Assembly: GCA_010909165.1 (NCBI GenBank)
Contig: MU008176.1
Coordinates: forward strand, 612,856-676,855
DNA length: 64,000 bases
Direction of reading: 5' to 3'
Source of the DNA: Anthoceros angustus
Lineage: Eukaryota > Plantae > Anthocerotophyta
In this document: in pieces, positions 24,350 to 36,126 of the stretch
Layout of the letters: each line of letters opens with the position of its first letter
Position numbering within the stretch: the first letter of the stretch is position 1
Program-made: the position numbers and the translations under genes
The notes under the pieces: generated by a model
What the model saw: the letters and a program-made list of their open reading frames with translations, nothing else
What the model was told of the DNA's origin: nothing
Database searches by the model: none

Positions 24350-27300
24350 ACATGACATGAGAACACTAAGCCTATTCCTAGGGCTAACTTGGGACTCGCC
24401 AGAGAGAAAACTCGAATCCATCACAATAGCGATTGCAAGCGCCCACTTCCTCTTCATCGGGCTATCGCTCCCCAACGCCCTTGTGTCTTCGCTCTTGTAC
24501 CGCCGCTGCGTCGGGTCGGGAAGGCCGCCACAGATATCCAAAGTTTGCTGCCCATCCGCCAAAAGATCACCGCTTTTGGTCTTCACCGCCTTGCGTTTAA
24601 GGAAACAACTGCGCTGTGGAGTCCTTCACGATACACACCTCCTTCGCCCAAAGCTGACCTGCGGTGGGCGCCAAACGCCTCTTCTTCAAAGATCGTAACC
24701 TCATGCCCAAGAATCCTGTGGTATGTATCCCGACACCTCAAGTCGCCTTCAACAAGAATACAATTCCCGCCGCATAGGAAGCCAATAACGTTGTCCCACT
24801 CCGAGCATACATCCAAAATCCAATCCCTCTCGCGAGAAGGTTCCGATAAGTTTCATCATAAGCCCTGAGGCCTCGTATGGGCAAACAACCAGCTTGTCTT
24901 GGGACATGTACACTGCTTTCTTCACAACCGTGACGTGTGCGATCACGACCTCCCATTGTTGAAAGTGCCGTGCATGGCATTAGGCATCATTGGAACTCTA
25001 TCCCCGTGGAATCCATCTCCCATGCCCCACCCTACCGTGACATATTCCACGGTTTCAATCCACCGTCATTGTTCATGTTGGTCTTGTCCCATACAAATGA
25101 GACCAAGCCCCTTTCTTGCTCCACTTTTCGCATTGACTCCCTCACGGTGTGAGCCTCCTCCACACCATGCATGACAATCATTCTCAACTCATCCAAGTAG
25201 TTTTCTCCAAAAGCTCGCAAAAGTGTCCATCATCTCATGTCAACTCGTTTGTCCAAGGGCCCAATTTGAAACCCCTTGGAGCGTCCATCACCGTAAGTGT
25301 ACTTGGCCTCTCGAAATCCTCGCATGTCCAAAACATCTGCTTCCACTTGGTATTGTACTTGTTTGTCCGAGGATGGAACATTGAAGACCTCCAATCCTTC
25401 CTCAAGGTCCTTGTCCGCAGAGCACGCCGCCGTCTCCTTTCCAATTATTTACTTGAAAATGAAATGTTGGAAGACATCCGGAAGTTTGGAAAGGACCTCA
25501 ATATCCTTCGCTTGCCAAACACATGATGGTTAGTCCAAACGCAAAAGAGAGAGGAGGCGCGCCGGCCGCGCCTCCTCCACTTTTCGAACACACATGGGCG
25601 AAACTAACCTTTCCAAAGAAAAGCTTTGAAAGCGGGACAACATCCGTCCGTCAATGCAACGGATATTCTTCTACCTCTCGAATGAAGAGCACCCTGTGTG
25701 TTTTACCATAGCAACTTGTATGACATGGAACTTCTTCCGCAAAGTGATCTCCTCATCCATGCCCTTCAAATCAATAAGTCCGATTAAAACTTTTCTCAGA
25801 CTGACACTTTGCCGCACTCTCCGGTGGTATTCCTTGGAAGGATTTCCATGGCTTTGCCAACATGTCCTTTGGCTTTACGATATCGTGTCCACTTGCTTCG
25901 TCGCCCATCTTCCGCCTTTCCTTTTCTTGCTAGTCCTCGGTAAATGCTTCTTCCATAAGCTCTCCAGCCTCCCACTTTGAAAAATCAAGTCCACATTGTC
26001 CCACACCTTCCCTCCCGCTTGGCGATGCATAAAATGTGTGCGATTGTCTACTTTGTTCTTGTAGACATCGTCTTGGCCTTCATCATCCTCAATCAATCCG
26101 CACTTTGTCACATTGTACTTCCATGCCATGGTCATCTGCTCCTTGCGTTCGCAATCGCAGCTCATCTAAGTACCTGGACCGCTCAATGAAGTTCATCTTC
26201 TTCCTTTGTCCGACATATTTCTGTAAGCCCACAATAGACATGTGCTTCCACATATTGAAACCTCTTCTTCGTGAGATATCACATAGATGTTTCATGGTCG
26301 CATGTATGGTTCCCACCAAGAACCCCATAACGTATTTTTCGCCGCCATCGCTTCCAAATTTGGTCGAGGTCAGCACTCACTTGGATCTATCATACATAAG
26401 AGTGGCAAAACACCCTCCTCTATCCTCCCTTCGAAATAACCCGAGCCAAATAATTGGCCCATGCCTCATCAACCTCGAATCTGCGCATCCGGCGTTATGT
26501 GCGACGGGTCTTAAGTTCTCCAACTTGACCAACACGCTTCAAGACAACCTTCGCGAAGTGAATCCCTCAGCGAGAGGGGGTGCATCCCGGATCGCGTCTT
26601 CTAACCGCTTCTTCATCCGTCGAAATATGACATCGAATGACTCAACCGATCCTCTCGCTGCTTTTTCGGTTTTTTTCTTCCTTTCGCCTGCCGCCACTAT
26701 GTGCCTTTGTAGTCCACATAGAATCCAAAATCCAAGCGGGCGCTTGACAGCCCTTCACCGGTCATCGCCTCCTCTCAGAGGAGGGGGCCGGCCGCCTCCT
26801 TCTTCTCCCGCTCAACCTGCCTCCACACCCACCCCTCTTCCTCTCGGGATCCCATGGTGTCTATTCTTCCACGGTGAGATATCACATAGATGTTTCATTC
26901 GCATATGGTTCCCACCAAGAACCCCATAACGTATTTTTCGCCATCGCTTCCGATCCGACAGGTCACTCACTTGGATCTATCATACATAAGGTGGCAAAAC
27001 ACCCTCCTCTATCCTCCCTTGAAATAACCCGAGCCAAATAATTGGCCCATGCCTCATCAACCCTCGAATCTGCGCATCCGGCGTTATGTGCGGTCTTAAG
27101 TTCTCCAACTTGACCAACACTGTTTCCAAGACCACCTTCTTCGTGAATCCCTCAGCGAGAGGGGGTGCATCCCGGATCGCGTCTTCTAACCGCTTCTTCA
27201 TCCGTCGAAATATGACATCGAATGACTCAACCGATCCTCTCGCTGCTTTTTCGGTTTTTTTCTTCCTTTCGCCTGCCGCCACTATGTGCCTTTGTAGTCC

Positions 27301-28440
27301 ACATAGAATCCAAATCCAAGCGGGCGCTTGACAGCCCTTCACCGGTCATCGCCTCCTCTCAGAGGAGGGGGCCGGCCGCCTCCTTCTTCTCCCGCTCAAC
27401 CTGCCTCCACACCCACCCCTCTTCCTCTCGGGATCCCATGGTGTCTATTCTTCCACGGGTCCGGAAGGGCCATGGCGCCGGCGCCGCCGGCCGGCGCCCA
27501 ACCCCATCTCCTTGTTGAAACCGGATAAACCGTTAGGATCCGGTGGGCAAGTTCGCCCGCCCACCCTTCAACACACAGGCGCCGGCCGCCCCCTGCTCCG
27601 GATCAGAGGCCATGGTTGGGACAACCATTGACGCCTTGCAATGCTGCCACGATCCCGATCTCCGTCTTCCTCATGCCCGACACTTCTTCCTCCGAATGCC
27701 CGAGACGCCCGGAATGGGGCCATCTTCCTCATCCGAGGGCCCAAGTTCACTTTCGGGATCCGGGGCTCCGACTCTCGCCTGCAATTCTTTGATGGGCTGC
27801 TCTCACCCTTCTCATTGAAAGCTCTCTCGTGATCCACAATCTCGTAATCTTCCCGCAAATAGCCCGATGAGGGCCATTCCGACTAACGGGCCGGAAAATG
27901 TAGAAAGCAAAATCACGCTACCATCCAAGTCTCATGGTTCTCAAAAAGAGCGTTTTTGTTCCAACTTACAGGTTGTCGCATGCACTCGCGAACTCTTCGA
28001 CAAGTGAGCGAGGTGCACATTTCTTGGCATTGAACCCTCCGAGGTCGAGAACATAAGACCTATATCGTGGTCCCGGATCAGCATCAAACTCATATGGCCG
28101 GTGGTGCAAAAGCGTGAACTCGGCTCCCCTCATTCATATCCATTGTTGCCCAGTTACCCATCCGGCTCTTGCTCTGATTGGGCAAAGCCCCACCCCATTA
28201 TCCGAGTTTGACAAAGGCGTCCATCTGCTTTCCTCTTCTCGGATGCGGATCGGACGAGCATCCAATCCGCAAAATCATACAGGTCAACTGCCTCCCACCA
28301 TGGATGTGCACGGTTTCCTCGTAAAGCGATGGAATTGGAGGTGGCACCACATGCTTTGAGGTTTTGAGCCTCCTTCCCGCCCCTTGCACGCTAGCAGCCT
28401 TTGTCTCGGCTCTCAAGACATGCTCCCATTTTGCCTCCAT
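24350..28440 (-). pseudogene. Multi-exon, frameshifted gene: ParB/Sulfiredoxin-like domain plus beta-class N4-cytosine/N6-adenine DNA methyltransferase (N6_N4_Mtase-like)
   Basis: Cross-frame reconstruction gives RYGVLGGNH (GGNH at 26306-26317, duplicate 26905-26916) and FQYVEAHVYCGLTE (26221-26260). Then LTVMDAPRGFKLGPW (motif IV position, 25271-25285), SFVWDKTN (~25078-25100) and YE.SGLMMKLIGTFSREG.WILDVCS..GTTLLASYAAG.NCILVEGD (~24740-24880; motif I and the E/D SAM-binding strand). The motif IV-before-I order is beta class. Introns are apparent at ~25511-25610 (CTAAC branch point, CAAG acceptor) and ~27886-27970. Confidence 0.75.
26271..27457. repeat. Imperfect ~0.6-kb tandem duplication inside the methyltransferase gene
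   Basis: gtgagatatcacatagatgtttcat at 26271 and 26874; cccatggtgtctattcttccacgg at 26851 and ~27435. Confidence 0.9.
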
Positions 28441-29531
28441 AATGGTTTATGCCTCCACACCTCCCGCCTCGACTGCACCGGGCGCCCACTTGCGGGGTTC
28501 GCCGCCTTCCTTGTTCCCGCTGCGCGCGCTGGGGGTCGGCCACCGCCGCCAAGTCCTTCTTGCTCCGCCTCCGCCGCCATCTCAATTGCGCAAACAAGCA
28601 AATCACAAGACAAGGCGGCGACAAATCGTCAACCCGTCTGGAAAGATGAATGGAAGGTGTGATGCTCGATCACATGGAGGGGCCGAACTGCTCGCAAAAC
28701 CGCCGATTGATTGCGGCTCGACCGCCTCCAAAGCTCGCGACTGCAGATCTGAATTCGCCGTGGCCAAAGGGACAAAGCGAATTCAAGCGCAATTGTTCTC
28801 CAACTCGCCAAGCAAGCAGACCCGCTCTGCTCGCCTCCCTGACCGGAAATACGCCCACCGCACACCGCCACGCAAAATCGGCAAGAGAGAGGTTTGTAAT
28901 TAGGGTTCCTTGCCCCTGTGCATTTATAGACCAAAACGTATTTAACATACGCTCCACCATATTTCGCTATGCCTAATATAAACTCTTGTCTATCCATAAT
29001 CACATTGACTTCCGTGACGGCTGGCCGGGGCACCATAATTGTCGACCATAAAAAGGCATGACGGCGCGATGCACCATTGGATACCTCTCACTTATAGACC
29101 ATCATGATGTCGTAACGACAGAGAGAAATAATGTCCTTCCTATCTTTGCGATATGCCTTAAGGCACACACCGCCATTCGCATGCAACTTCCTTCACAAAT
29201 CTCCTCGCCCGCTCACGAGGGCGCTCAAGGTTCTTGTGAACGACGAGGCATACAATGTTGCGCCTCACACACCGGAAGGACAAGAGGTTTGAGTTCTTCC
29301 TTACGCTTCCTTTCGCGGTTTGTTTTATGATTCTAAGTTGAGTTTTCGATTGTGGGCTCATCGCCATCGGATCATCTTTGGGATCAACACTTGCCTTCCC
29401 AATGTCCGCGTGCTTCACCGAAAACAAGAGAAGGGAGGAGGCCGGAAAGGCCGCCACATCGCCGACATCCGCCGCCACCGTCGTGTGCATTTTGCCATTG
29501 CGTAAGAACGAGATGATGAAGGTTAAATTTC

Positions 29532-29902
29532 TTCCTTGATTATAATTGATGGGCGGTGAAAATCCACATGGTGTGATCCCGTTGAATATTCGGACATTGC
29601 TCGCAGAGACGAAAACGTCGACATTTGTCGTCGCCAAATGTCCGCGAGGTGTTCCTCGAACACCTAGGAATTTGCATCGCTATCGCTTTGGAGGAAGCCC
29701 ATCCAAACGCCGTCTTCCCTTGATTATAATTGATGGGCGGTGAAAATCCACATGGTGTGATCCCGTTGAATATTCGGACATTGCTCTTGCAGACAGCAGA
29801 CGAAAACGTCGACATTTGTCGTCGCCAAATGTCCCGCGAGGTGTTCCTCGAACACCTAGGAATTTGCATCGCTATCGCTTTGGAGGAAGCCCATCCAAAC
29901 GC
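29532..29902. repeat. ~184-bp tandem duplication upstream of the transposase
   Basis: ccttgattataattgatgggcggtgaaaatccacatgg at 29534 and 29718. Confidence 0.9.
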
Positions 29903-30062
29903 TCTTCTTCTGTCGTGACCTTCCTGAGAGACTGGTTCCACGCCGTGGTTTGTTTCATGAGGATATTGTTGCTCGCCTCCACTCACCGATGATGACAGCC
30001 TGGGGACGACGATTCTCGCCACTTCCGGACACGATGCCTCTCAATCCTTCCATCCGAAGCCT

Positions 30063-32800
30063 TTGAGTGACACTTTGAAGGCCCCGACAACCGCAAATAC
30101 TCTATCATGCCGGAGACGCGCAGCTGGAGTGTCGTTGACAAAAAGTGAAGGGGAGACAATGCTTGCAGATTTCAAGAAGCCTTGTTGCAACAAAATGTGT
30201 TTGCTAAAGCTGACCAAAGAGCGATTTCAGGAGCAGCGATACCGCTTTCTTCGGATGGGAAGGCAGGAACAGGAGACATTTCTTCAGTCTCTTGTTCAGT
30301 CAGATGGAGTGCACGGGGATAGAAGGAAAGCGGTCACACATCTCATGGGAGCGACTCTTATGCGCTGCTGCTTGAAGGCTTTCAAAAGAGTGTATTGCCT
30401 TGGGCACAAGAGGTATGAGGAGCTAAAGAGCAGAGTCTTTCTGGAATCACCTTGGGATGGATTCGGACCAAACCCGAAGGCACAATCTACTTATGCGCGC
30501 TTGATGCCATTTCTTGGATGGACAATGCTTTTATGTTTATGGCGAGCGGCTTCCTAATTTGGAAGTATTTAATCTACCCGACACGATACAAAGTTGGAAA
30601 TATGGGCGTTGTACAAGCGTGCCATAAAGCTCGCATACGCTATGTGAAGTATCCATGGTTCTTAAAACTGTGGAGAAGCAACTTCCCCAGAGTAAAAATC
30701 CCGAAGTCCAACAGATTTTCAACATGCTCGCTTTGCGCAGGCCTGAAGAGCACTATAAGAAATACAAAGCACAAGCAAGATCAAGGTAAATTGCACCGAT
30801 GTGTCTTTCATGTGCTTGTTCCTCTGGTTGTTGAATGCCCTGCCTATCATCTGGCACCGGATGTACCCTTCTTCTGTCTTCTTCTGTCATGATCGATTCA
30901 TGTGCTTGCAATGCCCAATACTTACCATGGATTGGCTTTCAGAGGTCACCTCCTGGCCGGCGCGCCGCGCCCTCCGGAGAGTGGACGCCCGGGGCCGCGC
31001 CCGGCCTTGCACTGCTTATGATGATTCGAGACCCTCCCAAATCATCCGAGAAAGGGCGGCGACCGCCGACGCCTTCCCCACTGCACCGCATGAATGTTGG
31101 TAAGAGCGTCTTCTGAAAAAAAGCTTTTTGTATAGGTTGGATGGTTCTCTGCAAAGTCGGGGCAGGATGGCTGAGGATGGGGGGTCTTTTTGTTGCTGAT
31201 TATGATGTTCGTTTTGGCACAGAGAAATACCAGGTTGCCTTGGAAGCACATCGTGTGCGGCTCCACCAGGAACGGCAGAAAATGGCTAAACACAGGAGCA
31301 AGAGCTATGTGGAGCCACATAAGTATATGCTGCTATCAATTGATGGAATGGACCAAAAAAAGACAGAGATACCTCATCTTCTCCGGTGGCCGAAAAACCT
31401 CGTAGAGGAGTGTCGATTTCACCACGTGGTTGGGTGCATGATTCACAACTATACGCTTAAAGCTAGAGCCTATTTGCATTATGCGAATCATGAACGACGC
31501 GAATCTTACGATCACCATTATTCGGGACGTTATACATAATTACGAGGGTGTCCCGCCAAGAGTTTTGTATTTGCGGTTGGACAACACATGCAGGAGAATA
31601 AGAACCAGCTTTTGCTTATCCGAACATGCTTGTTGATATGGGTACTTTTGAAAAGTGAAAGTGGGATTCCTTTTGGTCGGACATACTCATGATCAAATCG
31701 ACCGGATGTTTTCTTGCTTCTCCAAAAGCTTGAAACATAAAAGAAGCTCACACGCTTCCCGCATTGTCGAGATCTGCAAGCGCATACCTACACCGAGGTC
31801 AAGGTATTGATAAGTGGCGACTCACATATGTGTGGCCCATTACACAAGGCCGAGAGGACTCGGGGCGGCAAGAAGAAGAACAACCTATCGCTCCAAAGAC
31901 CAGCTTAAAATAACACGTGAAGAAAAAGCGGCCCGTGGGTTTGTGATGGATGGGAGCAAGCGACGACCGCCTGGGAAATCAAGGGGTTTGAGTTTTGAAA
32001 TTGTGCCTTGGACACTATAATATGCGCCTTGACGCAGTCGAGGGATAAAAAGGAAGCCACATGATATTATCTCCAACCGCATTGCTCATCTAAAGGCTGG
32101 TCTTGGAACTTAGGCCGTATGTGACATCAGGAGTTTTATGGTGGGAAGCTCGGTGGACCGAGGAGATTGTCATTGTGGAAAACAACATTGGCCTTGTGCT
32201 ACACAAACCTTGGAGGTGGTACGCCAGATCAAGGCACAACCTCGATGTTCGGATGAAGCACTGGAGGAGGCATTCTTGAGGAGCTCCCACAACGAGATAT
32301 GTATTTGGGAGCATACCAAAACTGGGAGGCAACAACAAGAAATGTCACGGTTGAATGGTGATATCGAAATAAAGGCGAATGTTAGCCTTCCGAACGGCAC
32401 ACGCAAAATAGGCCCTTTTGGATTGGCAAGGTGACTTGTGTTGAACTACATGCACGAGCCTCACTTCCTTGTTCATTGGTACGAATCGAACACATGCGTA
32501 TGAAGGAGGTACGTGGAAGAATATATAATCGGAGGGATGGCAGAAGCAACTCGGGAGACGGGGCGAAGGCTATCCATCAAGAATATCCAACAAGTTTTTG
32601 TTCACCAAGCAGTCATCCTCTATTATGGGTTCATGTCTTACGGAAACATTTGTACTGTGGATAAGAAGGCCATAAAAGATAAGTTAATTGAATTGCGAGG
32701 GTTTATTCAACCAGAGTCAAAGTGCAACCGAGGACAAAAGAGGATGGTCGGATGGCCCAAGATAAGAAGGCGTGGAGTCAAGAGTAGGAAACACTGAATG
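30063..32800 (+). pseudogene. Spliced DDE transposase, Sola1-related (DUF7869-like), frameshifted
   Basis: N-terminal PCCNKMC..CCLKAF cluster and LWRSNFPRVKIPKSNRFSTCSLC. In-phase GT..AG intron 30786-31222 gives KHKQDQ/EKYQVALEAH. Catalytic-type motifs: IDGMDQ (31339-31356), LYLRLDNTC.ENKN (~31565-31605) and FLLVGHTHDQIDRMFS (~31667-31714). The 3' end is uncertain. Confidence 0.75.
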
Positions 32801-34969
32801 ATCATCATTTTGGCAATTGATGAGGTTATGCGTCATGCTCTATTCCCGTAGTTTGGCATATTCTATGTGTGCACATTTCAATAGTATGTACGCCCATGCT
32901 AGGCTTTTGGTTGTGGCTATCCTCTATGAGAAGTTGTAGACTCATAGATATTATCTTCCATTTTTCAAGAGTTTGTGCTACCATAGAGAAGGACACGTGG
33001 GGTGTGGCCAGGCCGACATCGGCATTGCGGCATAATGTAAGGCATCATACGTTGAGCCGGCGGCATGTTCCTCTCACATGACGGCGGAACTAGTTTCACG
33101 CTTTTTAAGTTCATCAGATGGGGACTGGAGCAGTCAATATATTTATAATTACACAATTGAGACTGCAAGGAAGCCATCCCCACCCCAATCTCAAGTCTTT
33201 TCAAACCAACCGAGTTAAGGCAACTCCCGCCATTCGCAAGGGATCATCGGCAGAGGCGACGCCGGCCGCCCCTTCCTCTCAAACCGCTGATACCCCGCCG
33301 CGGTCACCGTCCTCAAAGTTTCATCACCCTTCTTTTGTAGATTTCATTTTGCTCCACGGAAAAGACCGGCAATTACCAGAATGGCCTTTGTCATGGGTCT
33401 TAAATGCGGACCAATTGAGGTTAACTCTAACACCATAACCCTTCGGCGTTGAATGGATCTTCTATCAACTGGTTCATACGAATTGTCACCCTTCTTTTCT
33501 CACTGAATTGACCCATACCCCAAAAGTGGGAGTTCAATGCCCATGTGAAACCCTTCGAGGATATATGTCACAAAACCCCTTCGTGAATATTCACCCCTTC
33601 AAAGATATTGTGTTCTGGCCCGCCTCTTACGCGGCGATGTCTGGTGGATGGGCTCCAGTGGTATTTGTGAGGCGAACGATGACAGCGGAGTTGGCGATCG
33701 TGGGCCTCTTGCCGACTTCCTGTGTAAAGTGTGACGCCCCGCACTGGTGATACGCCTTGCCCGCCAGGGGCTGACTCTCATCCATTCCTTGACTGCCGTG
33801 TGCGCGGAACTCCTCCTCATCAATAGAGTGGCGCAGTTGGTTGTGGCCCATGTCTCCAAAGAAGTCTCGTGCTCTATGGCCCCTAGATCGAGGGCCGGGT
33901 CTACGCCTTCCAGCCAGGAGCTCGCCGCGGCGCGTGCGATGATGAAGTTTCTATTGTCCCCGACATCGTAAAGATCCAACCCGGACGCCACCACCGCCGC
34001 AGCCAACCCCTCCGTGTCTATCCGATGTCCTCGCCGCCTTCCATAATCGAGTGCACTTCGTCAACACCGCTGCGGTCCGGATTCCCCATCCCAAGACTTC
34101 CTCTCGCGCGCGCAGATGTCGAAAACATTTTGGCCTCACGCTCGCGCATTCCGTTTCAGAGATGGTCGCGGCTTTCTTGCAGCCTCGGAGAATGGAAGCG
34201 GTGCCATACCAACCACCGCTCGTAAGTTTACGCGGCGCGATGGCGGGATGGGCTGCGATCGCGCGTTCCCACCGCGGATGCTCCGCGGGCGACGTCCATC
34301 GGCGGCAGGCGCGGGCGCCGCCATCCTTTCATCTGCGGAATCAAATCGACACCCCACATACCTTTGTGCCCGAGGTCGGCGATGCCCCGAAGCCACTTGG
34401 TGATCGGATCTCGGCGTCCGACCGGGAGATCGAGTCTGTCCGTCCACCACCGGTGTACGCGTCATCTCGAAATCCGCTTCCCGCCGCTCCATCCTCCTCT
34501 TCCAAGACCCCACGCTCGGTAGTTGCGGACCATGCAGCGTCATCCGGATCGGGATCCCGGACGCCTGGCCGCACCTTGCAAAACGTTGGCGCCTGTGATG
34601 CGGTGCTCGAGCGAGGCGGGTCATCTGTGAGGCTGCGTGGCGAGCGGGCTTGCACCTTCCGGTTGCTCGATGAAGCAACAGGCCCAAAAGTCTGCGGGGA
34701 AGGCGGAAGAGGCGCCACACCGGTCCGCAGTGCGGCCGCCCAGTCCGGATCAAACTCGAACCATCATACCTCGCTCCACGGCATGGCGGTGCGTGCAACT
34801 CCACCAGCATGCATGCGAGCAATCCTCCGACAAATCGCCTCCCCCGCCTCGGTCCTAAGTGGATGGCCTCGTAAATGCGATTGCGGAACCATGATAGCGA
34901 GCTTCTTCATGTGCACACCTGCGCCGCCTGCGCGCGCCCTCTGCCGTCTCCCCCGGGAACCATAATCGG

Positions 34970-36016
34970 GTGATTGCGGCGTTGTGTGAGGGGATGTTTC
35001 CATTGCCGCACGCACTGCGGTGTTCCGCGCCGTGGAGGGAACGTGCACCCCACCTCACCGCCCCCGGGTACTGCTCGCCGCCGCGCCTGCATCGCCGCCG
35101 ATCCCGCAATGCACACTGCCAAGGGTCCGCCACTGCCGCCGTGTCCGCACACACCGAGGGGTTTGCGGATTGCCTCGCGACCGGAATTCTAGCAGCGCAG
35201 GAGGCTTGGAAACGCGATGAGGCCGACCTTGGCGGGGGATTTGATCGAAGACATTTGCATCCTCGTGAGTTCACCCAATCTCCGAGAATGTCGCCACCGC
35301 CATCGCGATTCAGACGGCGACGCCCCGCCTCCTCGCTCGCCATGTTTTCACTTGGATTGGTGCAGTCCACCAAAGAGTGTGCCTCACACGGCCTGCGATT
35401 TCAAAGGGTGGGAGATGGCGAGGGGGCGTCCGATGATCCAACCGGCCGAGGAAGATACGAGCCGCCTCCCGCCTTCGCCTTCCGCATGACAAGAGCAGAG
35501 GTTCATTATTTCGTGGAGTCGCCCCAAACGCCTCAAACCCCGCTTAGGATTAATAAGAATGCCCGCCTACGTGACGGAAACACGACATTCATTACATCGG
35601 AAAGACGGAGATGGGCGCGCGGCCGTGCCTCCGATGCACCTCGTCGGATGGCCGCATTGTTTAAGGCGATGGTGGAGATGAGGACATGTTGCTTAAACGC
35701 CCTTCTAGAAGACGCGTTGTTTATGTTTGAAGTATTCTGCAGGGACCGGACAGAGGCGGACAAGAATGCGGCCCGCGACGCTTGGGAAGACGGGTCACAT
35801 CTTCAGCAAACAGGGGCCATGCTCCGCACACGTGTCGTGAATCGGCGCCGCCTCTTCAAAACATCACCGCATAGAAGGGGATTCGACATGACCAAGGACG
35901 GCCGTGTTCTCGTAAGCAATTGCGGTTTATGTCAAATCACTTCCTCCATATACAGCCCCAACCCAAGCATATATAGTGAATTTGTCCTGCATTTGAGAAC
36001 TGAATGGATGGAATAA
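34970..36016 (+). other. 348-codon open frame with no recognised domain
   Basis: From the ORF track; GC-rich, start codon doubtful. Confidence 0.25.
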
Positions 36017-36126
36017 TGATGGATATTGAGTATGATATTTTTTGTTCACACATGTCTAGTAGGAGGTTTTGGGCCAAACTATAAGGCCCAAAAAGGATGG
36101 AACATAATGCATAATGTTCCAATTTT

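Larger units (their letters stand above)
24054..33612. mobile_element. Candidate TIR DNA transposon (Sola1/DUF7869-like) carrying an amino-methyltransferase gene
   Basis: Left CACGATATCTTGTGAAGGGGGTGAATAT (24054-24081) matches the reverse complement of right ATATTCACCCCTTCAAAGATATTGTG (33587-33612) at 25 of 26 positions with two 1-nt gaps. These enclose two outward-pointing genes. No TSD found. Confidence 0.5.
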
